A stretch of DNA of 64,000 bases, taken from the NCBI GenBank assembly GCA_043228905.1, contig JBHGNT010000015.1, positions 11,594,001 to 11,658,000 of the forward strand, read 5' to 3'. This document shows positions 1 to 13,200 of this stretch, piece after piece. The translations under genes were made by a program, and so were the position numbers. The stretch is from Azolla caroliniana (taxonomy: Eukaryota > Plantae > Polypodiophyta). Below the pieces are notes generated by a model, which worked only from the letters and a program-made list of their open reading frames with translations, ran no database searches and was not told where the DNA came from. Position 1 is the stretch's first letter; the number at the start of each line of letters is the position of its first letter.

Positions 1-3
1 ATA

Positions 4-3000
4 ATGAATACTCAAATGGGGAGCGCTCTCCCTACCGAGAAGTTGGATCGAAACGACTTCGCATCTTGGGAGTATAAGATGCACCAATACCTTGTCGGAC
101 AAGGCTATTGGAGCTACATCAAAGGAGCGCATGAAGACAGACCCGCCGAAACGCCTCCCGGAGACGCGACATGGGAGCAAGCCGCAAGCCGCGTGATGTA
201 TTGCTTGGCGACATGTGTTCACGACCACATGCTCGGTTACATTCGAGAAGCCAAGACGTCGAAGGAAGCGTAGGAAAATCTACGAAAGATTTTCGCCGCC
301 AACACGACCGCGAGGAAGCTTCAACTCCGCCAAGAGTTGAACAACATTCAACAAAGGGACATGTCCATCATGACATACACCTTGAAGATCAAGGAGCTTT
401 GCGACTCGCTCAGCTCAATAAGCGTAAGTATAGATGATGATGAGATGGTGCAAATATGCCTCGGCGGTCTCACACCACAGTTTGGCGCGATGCGAACCGC
501 CGTTCTAGCACGGGAGAAATCTCCCTCCTTCTTCGAGCTCCAATCAATGCTATTGGTCGAAGAAAACCACGTGCGTACAAGGAGCAATGAGCCGGAAGGC
601 CACATGATCTACACGCACTCTAACGGAGGAAGAGGACGCAGACGAGCGAGAGGCCGATTCGGCCAAGGACAAGGCAGACGAGGTCCGACCTACGACAACA
701 ACTCCCAATTTTGGCTGCAAAACGGAAGCCAACGAGGAACCTTCGCAAGAAGGGGGAGCTTCCACTCCGGCCTGAGCTGTCAAAAAGCAACCGAATGCGG
801 ATATTGTGGAAAGCTCGGCCACCATGAAGAAGAGTGCCGAAAGAAGATGCGTGAATTGGCTTCCACAAGCCGACAACTCACGAATTACGCACACAATTCC
901 GACTACGAAGATTATAGCGGAATGTATGGGAACAAATCCGACTATGAAGATCGTGGCGGAATGTATGCGCACAACTCCGACCGTGGCGGAATGTTCATGA
1001 TGAAACATAGAGCAAACTCTATGTCGGCCTCTACCTCAACTAGTTCCTCTGGTCCGGAAGACGTATGGTTCGTCGATCTGGTGCCTCGAACCATATGACA
1101 TCGCATCAAGAATGGTTCCGAGAACTTCGAGAGCCGGACCGACCCGGCTATGTCGATACCGGAGACGACACTACGCACCCGATTCGGCACATCGGCAATG
1201 TTCCGTTCAGAAAAGAAGGTCAGAAAATTTACATTAAAAATGTCTTGCATTTATCGACCATTACAAAGAATTTGGTCTCTGTCGGCCAAATTGTAGAGCA
1301 AGGGATGCAAGTTCGATTTAATCAAGGCGGTTGCTTCATCGAAAAAGAGGGCCGACTCATCGCACGTGGACGAAGAGAGGGCCTGATGTTCATTCTCGAT
1401 TCACGCGAGGTGAAATCTGTCAAGTTCGCGAAAGGCACGAAAGCCGACTCCGACATAGAGTTATGGCACAAGCGGGCCATATAAATCTCCAAAAGCTCAA
1501 AGAAATGAAATCGAAAGGAGTTGTCCTCGGACTCCCAACATTCAAAGAGAAGGAGATTGAAGGTGTATGCGAAGCGTGCCAATTCGGCAAGCAACACCGA
1601 CACCCATTCCCGAAAGAGCGGAACATGAGCAAAGGTCTACTCGATGTAGTCCATTCTGATGTATGGGGACCGGCGCAGACGGCTACATTTAGCGGATGCC
1701 GATATTACGTGCTCTTCATCGACGACTTCTCCAGGCACACTTGGATCTACCCGATGCAGCAGAAGAGCGAAGTGTTCAGACACTTCCAAACTTTCAAGAA
1801 TGAAGTCGAGAAAGCCACGAGCCGACATGTATGTTGCCTTCGATCGGATGGCGGCAAGGAGTACTTCTCGGACGCCTTCACGGCGTATCTCCGAAAGGAA
1901 GGAATTCGGCGAGAATTCACTTGCCGACACACTCTGCAACAAAACGGGGTAACCGAGTGAAAAAATCGGCACATCCTCGAAGTAGCGCGAGCCATGATGA
2001 ACGAGAAGCATATGCCCAAGTCATATTGGGCCAAAGCTGCAAATATGGTCGTCTACCTAATGAACCGATGCACAACATCTGACGTGCACGAGGTCACTCC
2101 GCACGAAAAATACTTTGGAAAGAAGCCAGACTTATTGCACACCAGGATATTCGGCGCGATAGCATACGTGCACATCCCCGACGAGAAGCGTCAAAAGCTT
2201 GACCCGAAGTCCGAGAAATGTATCCTCGTAGGATACTCACTGGAGCAAAAGGGGTACAAGTGCTACAACCCCTCAACTTGAAAATCTTGAGTAAGTCGAG
2301 ACGTCGTATTTGACGAGTCCACATCCTGGTACACACCAGAGACAACTCCGACTTCGACTCCGCTCGACCCGGAATCCGTCGAACCAACGATAGAGGATGA
2401 AGATCGCCATACGCGCATGTTCGAAGAAAGTCTGATCACGACCCGCCTGAGCGGACCACAAGAGCCTTTGAGCGATCAAAGCACATCACGGCCTAGCCTG
2501 AAGATGGACAAAGGAAAGACAAAAATGGCGGAATACGAAGACGATCGCTTTGATGACGATGAGTCGACTCACTCACTTGACAGTGAGTTCGGCGGCTTTG
2601 ATGTTCCAATCGGACCTAAGAAAGCCCTCATCTCTGCAAATGAAAAGCTCCGTCGCTCCACCCACGAAAAGAATCCGGTCAGCCGATTCGGCTACAACGA
2701 CTACATGGCATATCACTATGCCTTTATGACGAAGGTGGCGACAGTATGTGAGCCAGAAACATTCTCCGAAGCAGCCAAGGATCTGCGATGGATCGAAGCC
2801 ATGAACGAGGAGATGCAGGCATTATGCAAGAACGAGACGTGGGATCTCGTTCCCACCTCACCACACAAAAAGGCGATCGGATGCAGATGGATTTACAAAG
2901 TGAACTACAATGCCGACGGTTCCGTCAACCGCTACAAAGCGCAACTCGTAGCAAAAGGCTACGCCCAAACGCACGGAGTTGACTATGAGGAGACCTTTGC

Positions 3001-4318
3001 CCCGGTGGCAAAGATGACGACGGTACGAACCGTAATTGCGCTTGTCGCGGCGAAAGGGTGGCACCTCCATCAAATGGACGTCAAGAATGCCTTTCTCCAA
3101 GGAGAATTAGAAGAGGAGGTGTACATGATACAACCACCCGGCTTCAACTCGAGCACCCATCCAAAAGTGGTTTGCCGACTCAAGAAGCCACTCTATGGCC
3201 TCAAGCAAGCACCGCGTGCTTGGCATTCGAAGATAACGCAATATCTTCATCAAATTGGCTTCCGTATGTCAAAATCGGACAACTCCCTCTACATACGAAG
3301 CGATTCCGCAAGTCCGATCGTCATCATTTTATATGTGGATGACCTAGTCATTGGAGGTGAGCATCTCGTTGAAATTAATAAAGTCAAATCCCTCCTTTCC
3401 GACAAGTTCGAGATGACGGACATGAAGGAGCTCCACTACTTCCTTGGCATCGAGGTAATTCAGACTCCGGCCAGAATCTTGATCTCTCAACGACACTACA
3501 TCCTCAACTTGTTATACAAGTTTGGGATGGCTGAGTGCAAATCCGCGACAACCCCGCTCGATCACAATCTCAAACTAGATGCGAACTCCGGCACCAAAGC
3601 GTGTGAGCCGACTCAGTATTGACAACTCATTGGGAGTCTCATCTACCTCACGATCACACGATTTGATCTCAGTTATCCGGTCGGTCTCCTTAGCCAATTC
3701 ATGCAAACACCATGTGATACTCACTTGGATTGCGCTAAGCGAGCTCTACGCTACGTGAGCGGCACAATGGATTGCGACATCCTCTACAAGACCGCGATGC
3801 CAATACGACTCGAGGGGTACACAGACGCCGATTGGGCCGACTATAAAGCTAATAGAAGATCAATCTCCGGATTTGTTTTCTCCGTCGGCAGCGGAGCAAT
3901 ATCCTGGAGTAGCAAGAAGTAGCCTACCGTCGCTCTTTCGAGTACGGAGGTGGAATACAGGGGCGCAGCCGTAGCTGCGTGTGAAGCCGTATCACTCAAG
4001 AGGATTTTGAAGGATATGGGCGTACCCATCAAGGATCCGACTTCCCTTTACTGCGACAACATGAGCAGTATCTATCTGGCTCGGAACCCGGTGTTCAACG
4101 TGCGGACAAAGCACATCGAAGTGCACTATCACTTCATCCGAGAGCGTGTTCTGGCTGGCGATGTCGACCTACAACACATTAGCACCAATCCTCAAATGGC
4201 CGACATCTTCACTAAAGCCTTAGGAGCCGACAAGCTATGGCAATTCATGACCAATCTCAGGTTGATGATCCCTGACCTACCAAGCTTGAGGGGGAGTACT
4301 GAAGACATTACGCAATAA
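4..4318 (+). pseudogene. gag-pol: Disrupted Copia gag-pol polyprotein of element A
   Basis: Motifs: zinc knuckle CGYCGKLGHHEEEC, PR W(FV)D..SGASNH, INT HSDVWGP/RSDGG, RT QMDVKNAF and YVDD, RH ADIFTKAL. Stops at about 271, 1958, 2279, 3620 and 3920; frameshifts near 1075 and 1478. Confidence 0.93.
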
Positions 4319-4565
4319 CGCGTGGATTCTGCAAACCGCGCACATTACACAATAACGCGTGGATTACGCAACCACGCAACAAAGCCACTAAGAAAGACGC
4401 AAGCCGAAGCATAGACTTCGCAACTACGCACAACGCAAGCTGGAGCATGGATTCCGCAACTCTGCATAAAGTGAGTCGACACGAGTCGACGCGGACTCCG
4501 GAATGCGGGTCGAAGCGGATTTCAGATATCGTCTGAAACCGACCCGACTTGAGCTTGAGGGGACG

Positions 4566-4957
4566 TGTTGAGAATCAAGCTCAACTTGGTCTAGTGTGTG
4601 AACTCACCTTGAGAGTGAATAGACACTCCAACGGTCAAGAGTCACCATTAAGTCACCTCTTTGTATTCTTGCATTTAGTATGAGTCATAGAATCATATTC
4701 TATGACACATAACTTATGAGCTTTCACATTCCCCATGCTCCATGATCCTTGTAGTTAATGAAGAGAGAGGGTGACTACATAAAGCACCCTCCTCCCACCT
4801 TGTATAGTGTTGAGTCTTTCTCCTTTGTTAATATACTTAACCTTGTGTATTCTTTGTGTTTTACTCCTTGTCTCTCTCACTCTCTCTCTCTCACACATAC
4901 ACACACATAACTCATATCTCTTCCGCTTCACAAGAATCCATCTCTTGATTCGTTACA
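4566..4957 (+). repeat. 3' LTR of Copia A
   Basis: Starts TGTTG directly after the PPT, has a CT/CA-rich tail and ends ...cgttaCA. The right boundary is inferred because no partner LTR is in the window. Confidence 0.7.
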
Positions 4958-5289
4958 GATATGTCCTTCTATGTGGAAGCATAGAAGGTAGAAATGCAGG
5001 AAACCTCCAAATGAAGAGATTGGGTAGTAGTAAAGCTCCAAACTGAATCCTTGAGATACAAGAGGCTAAGCCAAGCTAAGAAATATGTGAAAGGATACTA
5101 CTCAAGGAATACAATATCTATGACTACTTTAGGATGACAAAGAAGGATTTGATGGATTGGGTCAAGCTGTTTGAGAAAGTGATGAGTGCCACTAAGAGTC
5201 TCCAAGAATTTGGAAAATGATTTGATCGACTGTTGGCACTTGATAGGACCATTTGAACTCAAGTAAAGTCATGTATTCCTTGAGCATTT
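4958..5289 (+). pseudogene. Fossil Gypsy gag fragment 1 (L/M lineage), host of insertions A, B and C
   Basis: Translates ..LLKEYNIYD..RMTKKDLMDWVK..ATKSLQEFGK*FDRLLALDRTI. This matches L Gag LLEKYGLDD..RLSKRRFMEWVE..ATALLREFEENFARLSALDRTI. Confidence 0.8.
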
Positions 5290-5559
5290 GATCCAGAATA
5301 TCCCACTTAAGTACAAGGTCCTATTTAAGGCGTTATAGTCAACACTTCTAACTAGATTCTATCTAGGTAACTACGAAGTTACATTGTTGAATAACTAAAC
5401 TAAGTTGAGCTTGATCTCTCAACACGCCCCCTCAAGCTGAAGTGTGAGGCGTCCGACATCCGGCGTTGTTTTCGGCGTTATCTGACTTTCGATGTCGGCT
5501 TCCGTGTGGCTTCCATCCGGCCTTTTGCTTTATTTGCCGTGGCAATCTCGGGTCCTCCA

Positions 5560-8387
5560 CCTCAAGCCGGTGATGAAGGCTTGTAGTGTGTGGGCGAAGG
5601 TCGGCTACTTCCACCCATCGTGGTTTACGAGCTGCTTCGGTAAAGTTCATGGGCTCTTGTTCGGCCGCTACCTTCATCGCGAAGGCGCAATGATGGGCCA
5701 TGTACTCGTTGTAGCCGTGCCGAGTGACGGGGTTCTTTGCTCTACACGAGTGTCGAAGTTTTTCTCTCGCCGATGTGAGCGCCTTCTTTACTCCGGGTGT
5801 ACGCATGATGGGTACACCGAACTCACTATCTAGTGAGGGAGTCAATCCATCCGAATCATTGTTGTCGAGGTGATCGACTTCGTTTTCGGGCATCTTGCCC
5901 TTGCCCTTGCCCTTGCCCGATATCGGACTTGCCCGCGACGTCCTTGGGTCACATGAAGATTCTTGTGGACCAATAAGCTCGGTCGTAATCAGACTTTCTT
6001 CATTCATGTGCGCGAGTTGATCTTCGGCTTCTACCTCTTGTTCGGCGTAATCCGCATTGAGCGTAGTTGGAGTTGAAGAGGTCTCTGGTGCATACCAAGA
6101 TGCGTACTCGTCGAAGACTACGTCTCGACTTACGCGAACTTCTCACATAGACGGGTTGTAGCACTTGTACGCCTTCTTCTCGGACAAGTATCCTACGAGG
6201 ATACATCTCTTCGACTTCTCGTCGGGCTTTTTTCATTGTTTGTTCGGGATGCGTACATTCGCAATGCTTCCGAACACTTTGAGATGCGACAATATCGGCT
6301 ACCTTCCAACAAGGAGCTCATATGGAGTTAGCTCATGCACTCCATTCGTGGGGCATCAATTCATGAGATAGACTGCTGTGGATGCCGCTTCGGCCCAATA
6401 GAAATTCGGCATGTGCTTCTCATGCATCATGGCGCATGCTACCTCGAGTATTTGCCGATTCTACCTTTCGGCTACTCAATTTTTTTGGGGTGTGTGTCGG
6501 CACGAGAATTCTCTCCGAATGCCTTCACTTTGGAGGTAGGACATGAATTCGTCAGAGAAGTATTCCTTTCCTCGATCCGATCGTAGGCATCGAATGTGCC
6601 GACCGGTTTCTTTTTTACTTGCCCCTTGAGCTTTTGGAAGTGGGAGAACACTTCGCTCTTCTTCTTCTCGGGTAGATCCACGCGTAGCGCAAGTAGTCGT
6701 CGATGAAGGTTACGTAGTATCGGCATCCGTCGATCGTCAGCGTTTGAACCGGTCCCCATACATCCGAGTGTATGACGTCGAGGAGGCCTTTGCTTGTGGA
6801 GCTCTCCTTCGGGAATGGGAGTTGATGTTGTTTGCCGAGTTGACACGCTTCGCATACTCGGTCGACTCGTTTCGTCTCGAATGTCGGAAGTCTGATGACG
6901 ACTCCCTTTGTTTGCATAGCTTAGAGCCGTTGGAGGTTGATGTGGCTGATTCTTTTGTGCCACAACTCGATGTTCGTCTCGTTTTTGAGACCTTTAGCGT
7001 ACATTGCCAATTTCACCTCATTCGAATCGAGGATGAACATTCGGCCTTCTCTCCACCCCTTAGGTACGACTCGACCATCTTTCTCGATTAAACAACCTTC
7101 GTTGTTGAAGCGAACTTGAATGCCTTGCTCCACGATTTGGCCGACCGAGACCAAATTCTTCATTATTGTGGACACGTGCAAGACATTCTTGATGCAAGTT
7201 TGCTCGCCTTCTTTCCCAAATGGGACATTGCCGATGTGCCGAATGGGGTGCGTGGTGTCGTCTCCCGTCTCTATGAAGCCGGGTCGATCCGGTGTTCGTA
7301 AATCACGAAACCACTCTTCATGAGATGTCATGTGATGTGAGGTGCCGGAATCGATGAACCACACGTCTTCCGAGTTGGAGGTGCTTGCGGAGTTGGAGAC
7401 CGTCATAGAGTTCGCTCTATGCCTCATTACGAACATTCCGCCACAGTCGCCGTAGTCGGAATTTGGGGCGTAATTTGTAAACATTTCACTATGATCGTTG
7501 TAGTCGGAATTCGACGCGTGATTCGTGAACATTCCGCTACGGTTGTTGTGGTTGGAGTTCGATGCGTAGTTTGTGAGGTGTCGACTTGTTGAAGCCGACT
7601 CCCTTCTCTTTTTCCGACACTCCACCTCGTAGTGGCCGATTTTGCCGCAATAATTGCAAGTTGCGGGCCTCATTTTCCGACCTTGTTCGACTTGGAAACT
7701 CCCCCTTCTTCCGAAGGTTCCTTGATGGCTTCCTCTTCTACCGCCACAACCTCTTCCTCGACCACCATCGGAATTCGAGATAAACATTTGTCCTTCTGGT
7801 GCCTTGCTTTTGGTTCGGACGTGGTTTTCTTCGACCAATAACATCGATTTGAGGTTGAAGAACGAAGGAGAGTTTTCTCTCACCAAGATTGCCGTCCGTA
7901 GTGGATCAAATCGTTGTGTAAGGCCGTCCAAGAATACTTGAAGCATCTTGTCTTCGTTGACGTTTATTTTGATGGAGCCAAGCGAGTCGCAAATGCTCTT
8001 GATTTTGGCGGCGTAGTCCGACACAAACATGTCTTTTTGTCGAATGTTATTCAACTCTTGTCAGAGTTGAAGCTTTTGGGCGGTTGTGTTGGCAGGGAAC
8101 ATTTTCTTTAAGTTCTCCCACGCCTCTATGGGCGTCTTGGTGTCTCGAATGTGGCTAAGCATGTGGTCATGGACACCTATTGCCAAGCAATACATGACTC
8201 GACTAGCCGCTTGTTCCCATGTTGTGTAGTCAGCGTTCTTTGAGTCGGGTTAATTTTCTTTAGCGTCATTGATGTAGCTCCAATACCCTTGGCCGACGAG
8301 GTATTGGGTCATCTTGTACTCCCAAGATGAATAATTGCTCCAATCTAGCTTTTTTCTAGGGAGCGAGCTACCTATTTGTGTGTTCAT
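5560..8387 (-). pseudogene. gag-pol: Copia gag-PR-INT of element B (no RT/RH)
   Basis: MNTQIGSSLP.., CNYCGKIGHYEVEC, WFIDSGTSHH and HSDVWGP are present. After EPMNFTEAARKPRWVE the sequence jumps straight to the terminal region. Confidence 0.88.
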
Positions 8388-8556
8388 GTTGATTGTGTCT
8401 TCTCTTCTTTTTGCTTTTCTTCCTTCGATCACGTATACGTGCTACGTAGCGGCACTATGGTAGCCGATAGCCGTATTTTGTCATCGGCATCTCGAACACA
8501 CAATCACGAAGTTGGGTGGGCTTAGTGGATTTTCTAAACCACACGCTCTGATACCA

Positions 8557-8991
8557 TGTTAAGGATTAGGTAATTAATTAAGAGTTAATTAGTACCTAAT
8601 TATGTGATTAAGTTAAGTGCAGAAGATTATGTGATATGTGTGTGTATGTGTGTGAGAGGAAGAGAGAGAGGAGAGATACACTTATGAACAACACAAGATG
8701 GGGGATGAGTAAACTAGAGTTTATATTATAAAACATCATCAAATACAAGAATACCCACAATGAGGTATATATACATCTCATGTGCAAAGGTGCACATGTG
8801 AGTAGAATATAGGTACTAATGTGTAAGTCCTATATTAAATGTACTTAGGAGTGGAGGATCTAGAATATCCCACTTAAGTACAAGGTCCTATTTAAGGTGT
8901 TATAGTCAACACTTCTAACTAGATTCTATCTAGGTAACTACGAAGTTACATTGTTGACTAACTAAACTAAGGTGAACTTGATCTCTCAATA
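8557..8991 (-). repeat. 5' LTR of Copia B
   Basis: Abuts the PBS reverse complement cgctctgatacca and is homologous to the LTRs of element C. Confidence 0.9.
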
Positions 8992-9175
8992 GTCACTACA
9001 ACATAACTTTGTCTATTTTGTTGAAAATTGGATCCACTCATCTAAGACAAGTTGGCTTCTTAACATGAACTTTGGGGTCTACCAAAACTATGAGGTCTTG
9101 GTTGAAGAGAAAAGGAAAAGGATGATGAAAGTGGTCCCTCTAAAAACAATGACATTTGAGAAGCTTAAAGGAGAG
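8992..9175 (+). pseudogene. Fossil Gypsy gag fragment 2
   Basis: Encodes QNYEVLVEEKRK, compared with L Gag QNYEALVEEKR and M Gag HEVIVEEKRKR. Confidence 0.75.
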
Positions 9176-9519
9176 TGTTGAGATATCAAGCTCAACTAGG
9201 TTTAGTTATTTAGTCAACCATGTAACTTAGTAGTTACAAAATTAGAATCTAGTTAGAAGTGTTGACCTTAAAGCTTTAAATAGGATTTTGTACTTTATGG
9301 GGATGCATTCTAGATCCTCCAATACCAAGTTCATTAAATATAGGACTTACATCCTTGTACCTATATTGTCCTCACATATGTGCACCCTTGCAGATGAGAT
9401 GTATATATACTTCATTGTGGGTATCTTTGTTCTTTGATGCTTATTAATACAGAGAAAGGTCTTTAGCTACTCTCTTGTTAATCATCCCCCATTTTATATT
9501 ATTGTTCATAAGTATATCT

Positions 9520-10165
9520 TGGTGAGAAATCAATGTGGAATAGATCACAATGAACGAACTATGCGTTGAAATACGAATTACAGAAATGCCAGAAAAACAA
9601 GACACACAACAGTGCACAGAGATTTACGTGGAAACCCTAAAACGGGGAAAACCACGGGTGAACAAAATCTTCACTATACAAAGTGGATATACAAGACCGA
9701 GATGATTACAACACTCTGTCGAGTGTATTAGCCGCACAAGACTCTTCGCGTCTGCTATTACACACACAGCTATGGCGCGGCTCTATTCCCTTCTCCTGCA
9801 CACTACAACTTCTGTTTCTACTCTATTCGTCCCCCACATAAAGTTTGCCCTAGTTGTATATATACTTACACAACTTTCTGGCTATTTACATACGTAGCCC
9901 TCATGGGGCGCACACTTAGACTATTTACAAGTATAGTCACTCATCAACTCAGCTCCTCTCTCTTTCCCATCTTGAGGGACTTGTTTCCACACATCATCAT
10001 TATTATTATTACTATAATAATAAGAGTCGAATCTTCAAACAATCGACTCACTGTTTTCGACTCTTCGACTACCGACTTTCCGAACAGTCGGATCTTCCCT
10101 GTCATTGACTGTCGGCTTTCTGATCAGTCAGTTCTTCCTCCCACTGGAGGGACATATTCCCAAGA
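9520..10165 (-). mobile_element. Solo LTR (Tork-like Copia family) inserted in the 5' LTR of C
   Basis: TSD TATCT (9515-9519 / 10166-10170). It shares the acgtggaaaccc..aaaaccacggg and ggctatttaca motifs with the D/H/J LTRs. Termini are decayed (TGGTG..CAAGA). Confidence 0.85.
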
Positions 10166-10261
10166 TATCTTCCTCTCTCTCTTCCTCACACACACATACA
10201 CACACAAATCACATAATATTCCGCTGCTTTATCAATACTCACGTAATTAGACCCTAATTAA

Positions 10262-13200
10262 CGTTAGGATCGTGACCGGCCACAATCAGTCTCACTTTCT
10301 AATGTTCGGGTGCAAAGATCAAGAAAGATAGTGCATAGATAGAAAAACATGAAGGTAGACAAAAACCAAGTACAAAGACACAAGGTATTTAACGTGGAAC
10401 CCCGAAAAGGGGAAAACCACGGGGGTCCACAAACCTTGAGAAATAGGATCATTATGATAGAGGAGAAGTACAATAAGAAACTCGGTGGAAACGACCTCGA
10501 GTTCTTCTTCGTTAAACAGACGGCCGTAGAGTTACTACTCTCACTCTCTCTCACTCTCTCTCTCTCTCTCTCACTCACTCACCACAGTTCCGGAGGCAAC
10601 TACCATAGTGTAACTGTACAACTATATTGATTCTACTACATCACACCTTTTCATAAAGTTTTCCTTAGTTGTTTATATACTAAAACAACTTTCAGGTTAT
10701 TTACAAATACAACCCACAAGGGCCACATGTAGACTATTTACAATTATAGCCCCTCGAATCAGTCACAAAATCAGATTTCGATTTCGGTTTCGGTTTCGGC
10801 CTCGGCCAAGTTTACTCATCGATTCGGCACGTCCTATCCGGAGGGAATTGGTTTTCCCAACAAACTCCCTCTTCACTCCGGCATGGGGTACTTCAGGAAT
10901 CTGAGTCTCTATCGGCACGCGTTAACTTCTTTGCTGATAGCACCCTTCCTAAGCATATCCGATCCGTTCTCGTCTGTGTGAATCTTCACTACAGAATAAT
11001 CCCTCTCCGGAGCCAATGGAACCTCCGTTGGATGTGCTTTGTCCTCTAGTGGTAGGCAGCATTTTTCGCAAGGTGGATGGCACTTTGATGATCGCAGTAG
11101 AGTCAGAATTCTTCTTGCCGAATTCCCAGCCCTCCTATGAACTCCTTCATCCATATTATCTCCTTGTTGGCTTCCGCTGCGGCCATATACTCAACTTCTG
11201 TGGTCGACAACACACGGCCTTTTGCAGCCTCAACTGCTGCGATACAGTTCCCCATGAATAAATCGTCACGTACCCGGACGTCGATCGGTTGGTATCCGCA
11301 GCAGCCGACATGTCCGAATCCGTATAACCTTCCAATGTGGGGTTACTCGAGCTGAATCAGAGACACATGCTCGAGGTGCCTCTTAGGTATCAAAGTATCC
11401 ACTTCACAGCGGCCCAATGCTCTCTCCCGAGATTGCTCATATATCGCATGACCACTCTGACAACATATTTGATGTTCGGCCTGGTACATACCATCGTGTA
11501 CATCAGGATTCTGACTATCAAGGCATAAGGGACTTTTGACATCTCGTCCTTCTCGGTTTTCGATTTCGGACTCTAGCTTCCAGATAGCTTACAGTTTGTT
11601 GACAATGTCGAGCCGACTTCGTGCTTTCCATGCCGAATCTCTAGAGCACTTTTGTTACGTACTTCTCTTATGACAACCATAACAATTTCTTTGTTTGATC
11701 CTGAACAATGTGCTCCTAGGATTTGTTTTGCCGGACCCATATCTTTCATCAAGAACAACCTACTCAAGGCCTTCATCAAGCTTCCAATTTTCCTCGGGTC
11801 TCATCCAACAATTAGCATGTCGTCCACGTACAACAGGAGGATGACAAAATCTCCTCCATTATCTTCTTGACAAAGACAATGTGATCATCCTGTGTCTTGC
11901 TGAAACCATGATCCAGCATGAAAGATTCGAACTTTTGGTACCGTTATTGAGGTGCGAACTTCAGCCCGTACAAGCTCTTTCTCAATAGGCATACCAGGTT
12001 TTCTTTATCTTTTTCTTCGAATTCTTCCAGCTGGTGCATATATATCTCTTCCTCCAAATCTGCATGGAGGAAGGTAGTCTTGATGTCTAGTTGCTCGACT
12101 TCGAGATCCATGTTGGCCGCTATGCTGAACACTATCCAAATTGACGTCATCTTTACGACTGGGGAAAATATTTCGTCAAAATCCACACCCTTCTTCTGTT
12201 GGAAGCCCTTTACGACGATTCAAGCTTTGTATCTCGATGGATTTCTGCTATCACCCGGTTTCAGTTTGTATACCCACTTATTCTTGAGTGTCCTTTTCCC
12301 CTTTGGCAACTCGGTCAATTCATATGTGTGGTTCTCATGCAAGGAATCCATGTCTTCTTGCACGGCACTTGACCACTTTCGATTGTGGGTATAGTTCTTA
12401 GCTTCTTCGAAGATTTCTAACTAGACGCTCTTCATCCAGAAATCTTCAGGGGGGCCTTCTTTCTCTTCGGAGAAATCTTTGGCCTCCATTCGGCAGGGTC
12501 GGTTCTTCTTCGACTTCTTTAGCCCAGTCAAATTTGGTTCCTCATTCTCTTTGTTCTTTCATTGGTTCTCGATTCGATCAAATTAAATTGGCTGACTGGC
12601 TCGGATTCAATTTCGATCGAATCAACTTCTACTCGATTCGGTCGAGCATTGACTCGTCTCGATTCAGTAGTTGGAGGCTTGTTCTAAATCTCCCAATCAA
12701 CAATCGTCTTCTCTTTCATGAAGACGATGTCTCGGCTCCTAGTCACCTTCTTCTCAGCTAAGTCCCATACCCGATAGAAGAATTTGTTGTCGTTGTAGTC
12801 GAGAAATATACATGGCCGAGATTTGTCTCTAGCTTACCCCTTTGGTCCTTTGCAACATGCACATAGGCAAGATAACCGAACAACCTCAAGTGTCGGTATG
12901 AAAGGTCTTTGCCACTCCACACCCTTTGTGGAATATCACCATCTAAGGGTACTGAGGGTGATTGGTTTATCACATATGCTGCCATCATCGACGCCTCAGC
13001 CCAGAACGTCTTTGGTAACTTGGCATGTGCAAGCATACTTCGGACCCTTTCCATTATTGTCCGGTTCATTCTCTCGGCTAGCCTGTTAAGCTGTCGCGTC
13101 TTCGGCATGGTATACTCAAGAAGGATTCATGTGCTCAACAGTATTCCTGGAACAGTCCGTGGTACTTTCCGCCATTGTCTTTGAAGATGGATAACACCTA

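Larger units (their letters stand above)
1..4957 (+). mobile_element. Ty1/Copia element A (5' LTR lies outside the window)
   Basis: Copia domain order gag-PR-INT-RT-RH. PPT gagcttgaggggacg at 4551-4565 is followed by an LTR starting TGTTGAG at 4566. Confidence 0.95.
5290..8991 (-). mobile_element. Ty1/Copia element B, lacking RT/RNase H, 3' LTR truncated
   Basis: 5' LTR 8557-8991; PBS (tRNA-iMet complement) 8544-8556; PPT about 5425-5437. The 3' LTR remnant 5290-5424 matches only the proximal ~135 bp of the 5' LTR. Confidence 0.9.

Noticed and set aside
5262-5292. Possible TSD for element B
   Set aside because: The distal part of the B 3' LTR and adjacent fossil gag were deleted, so the gtca similarity cannot be a verified TSD.
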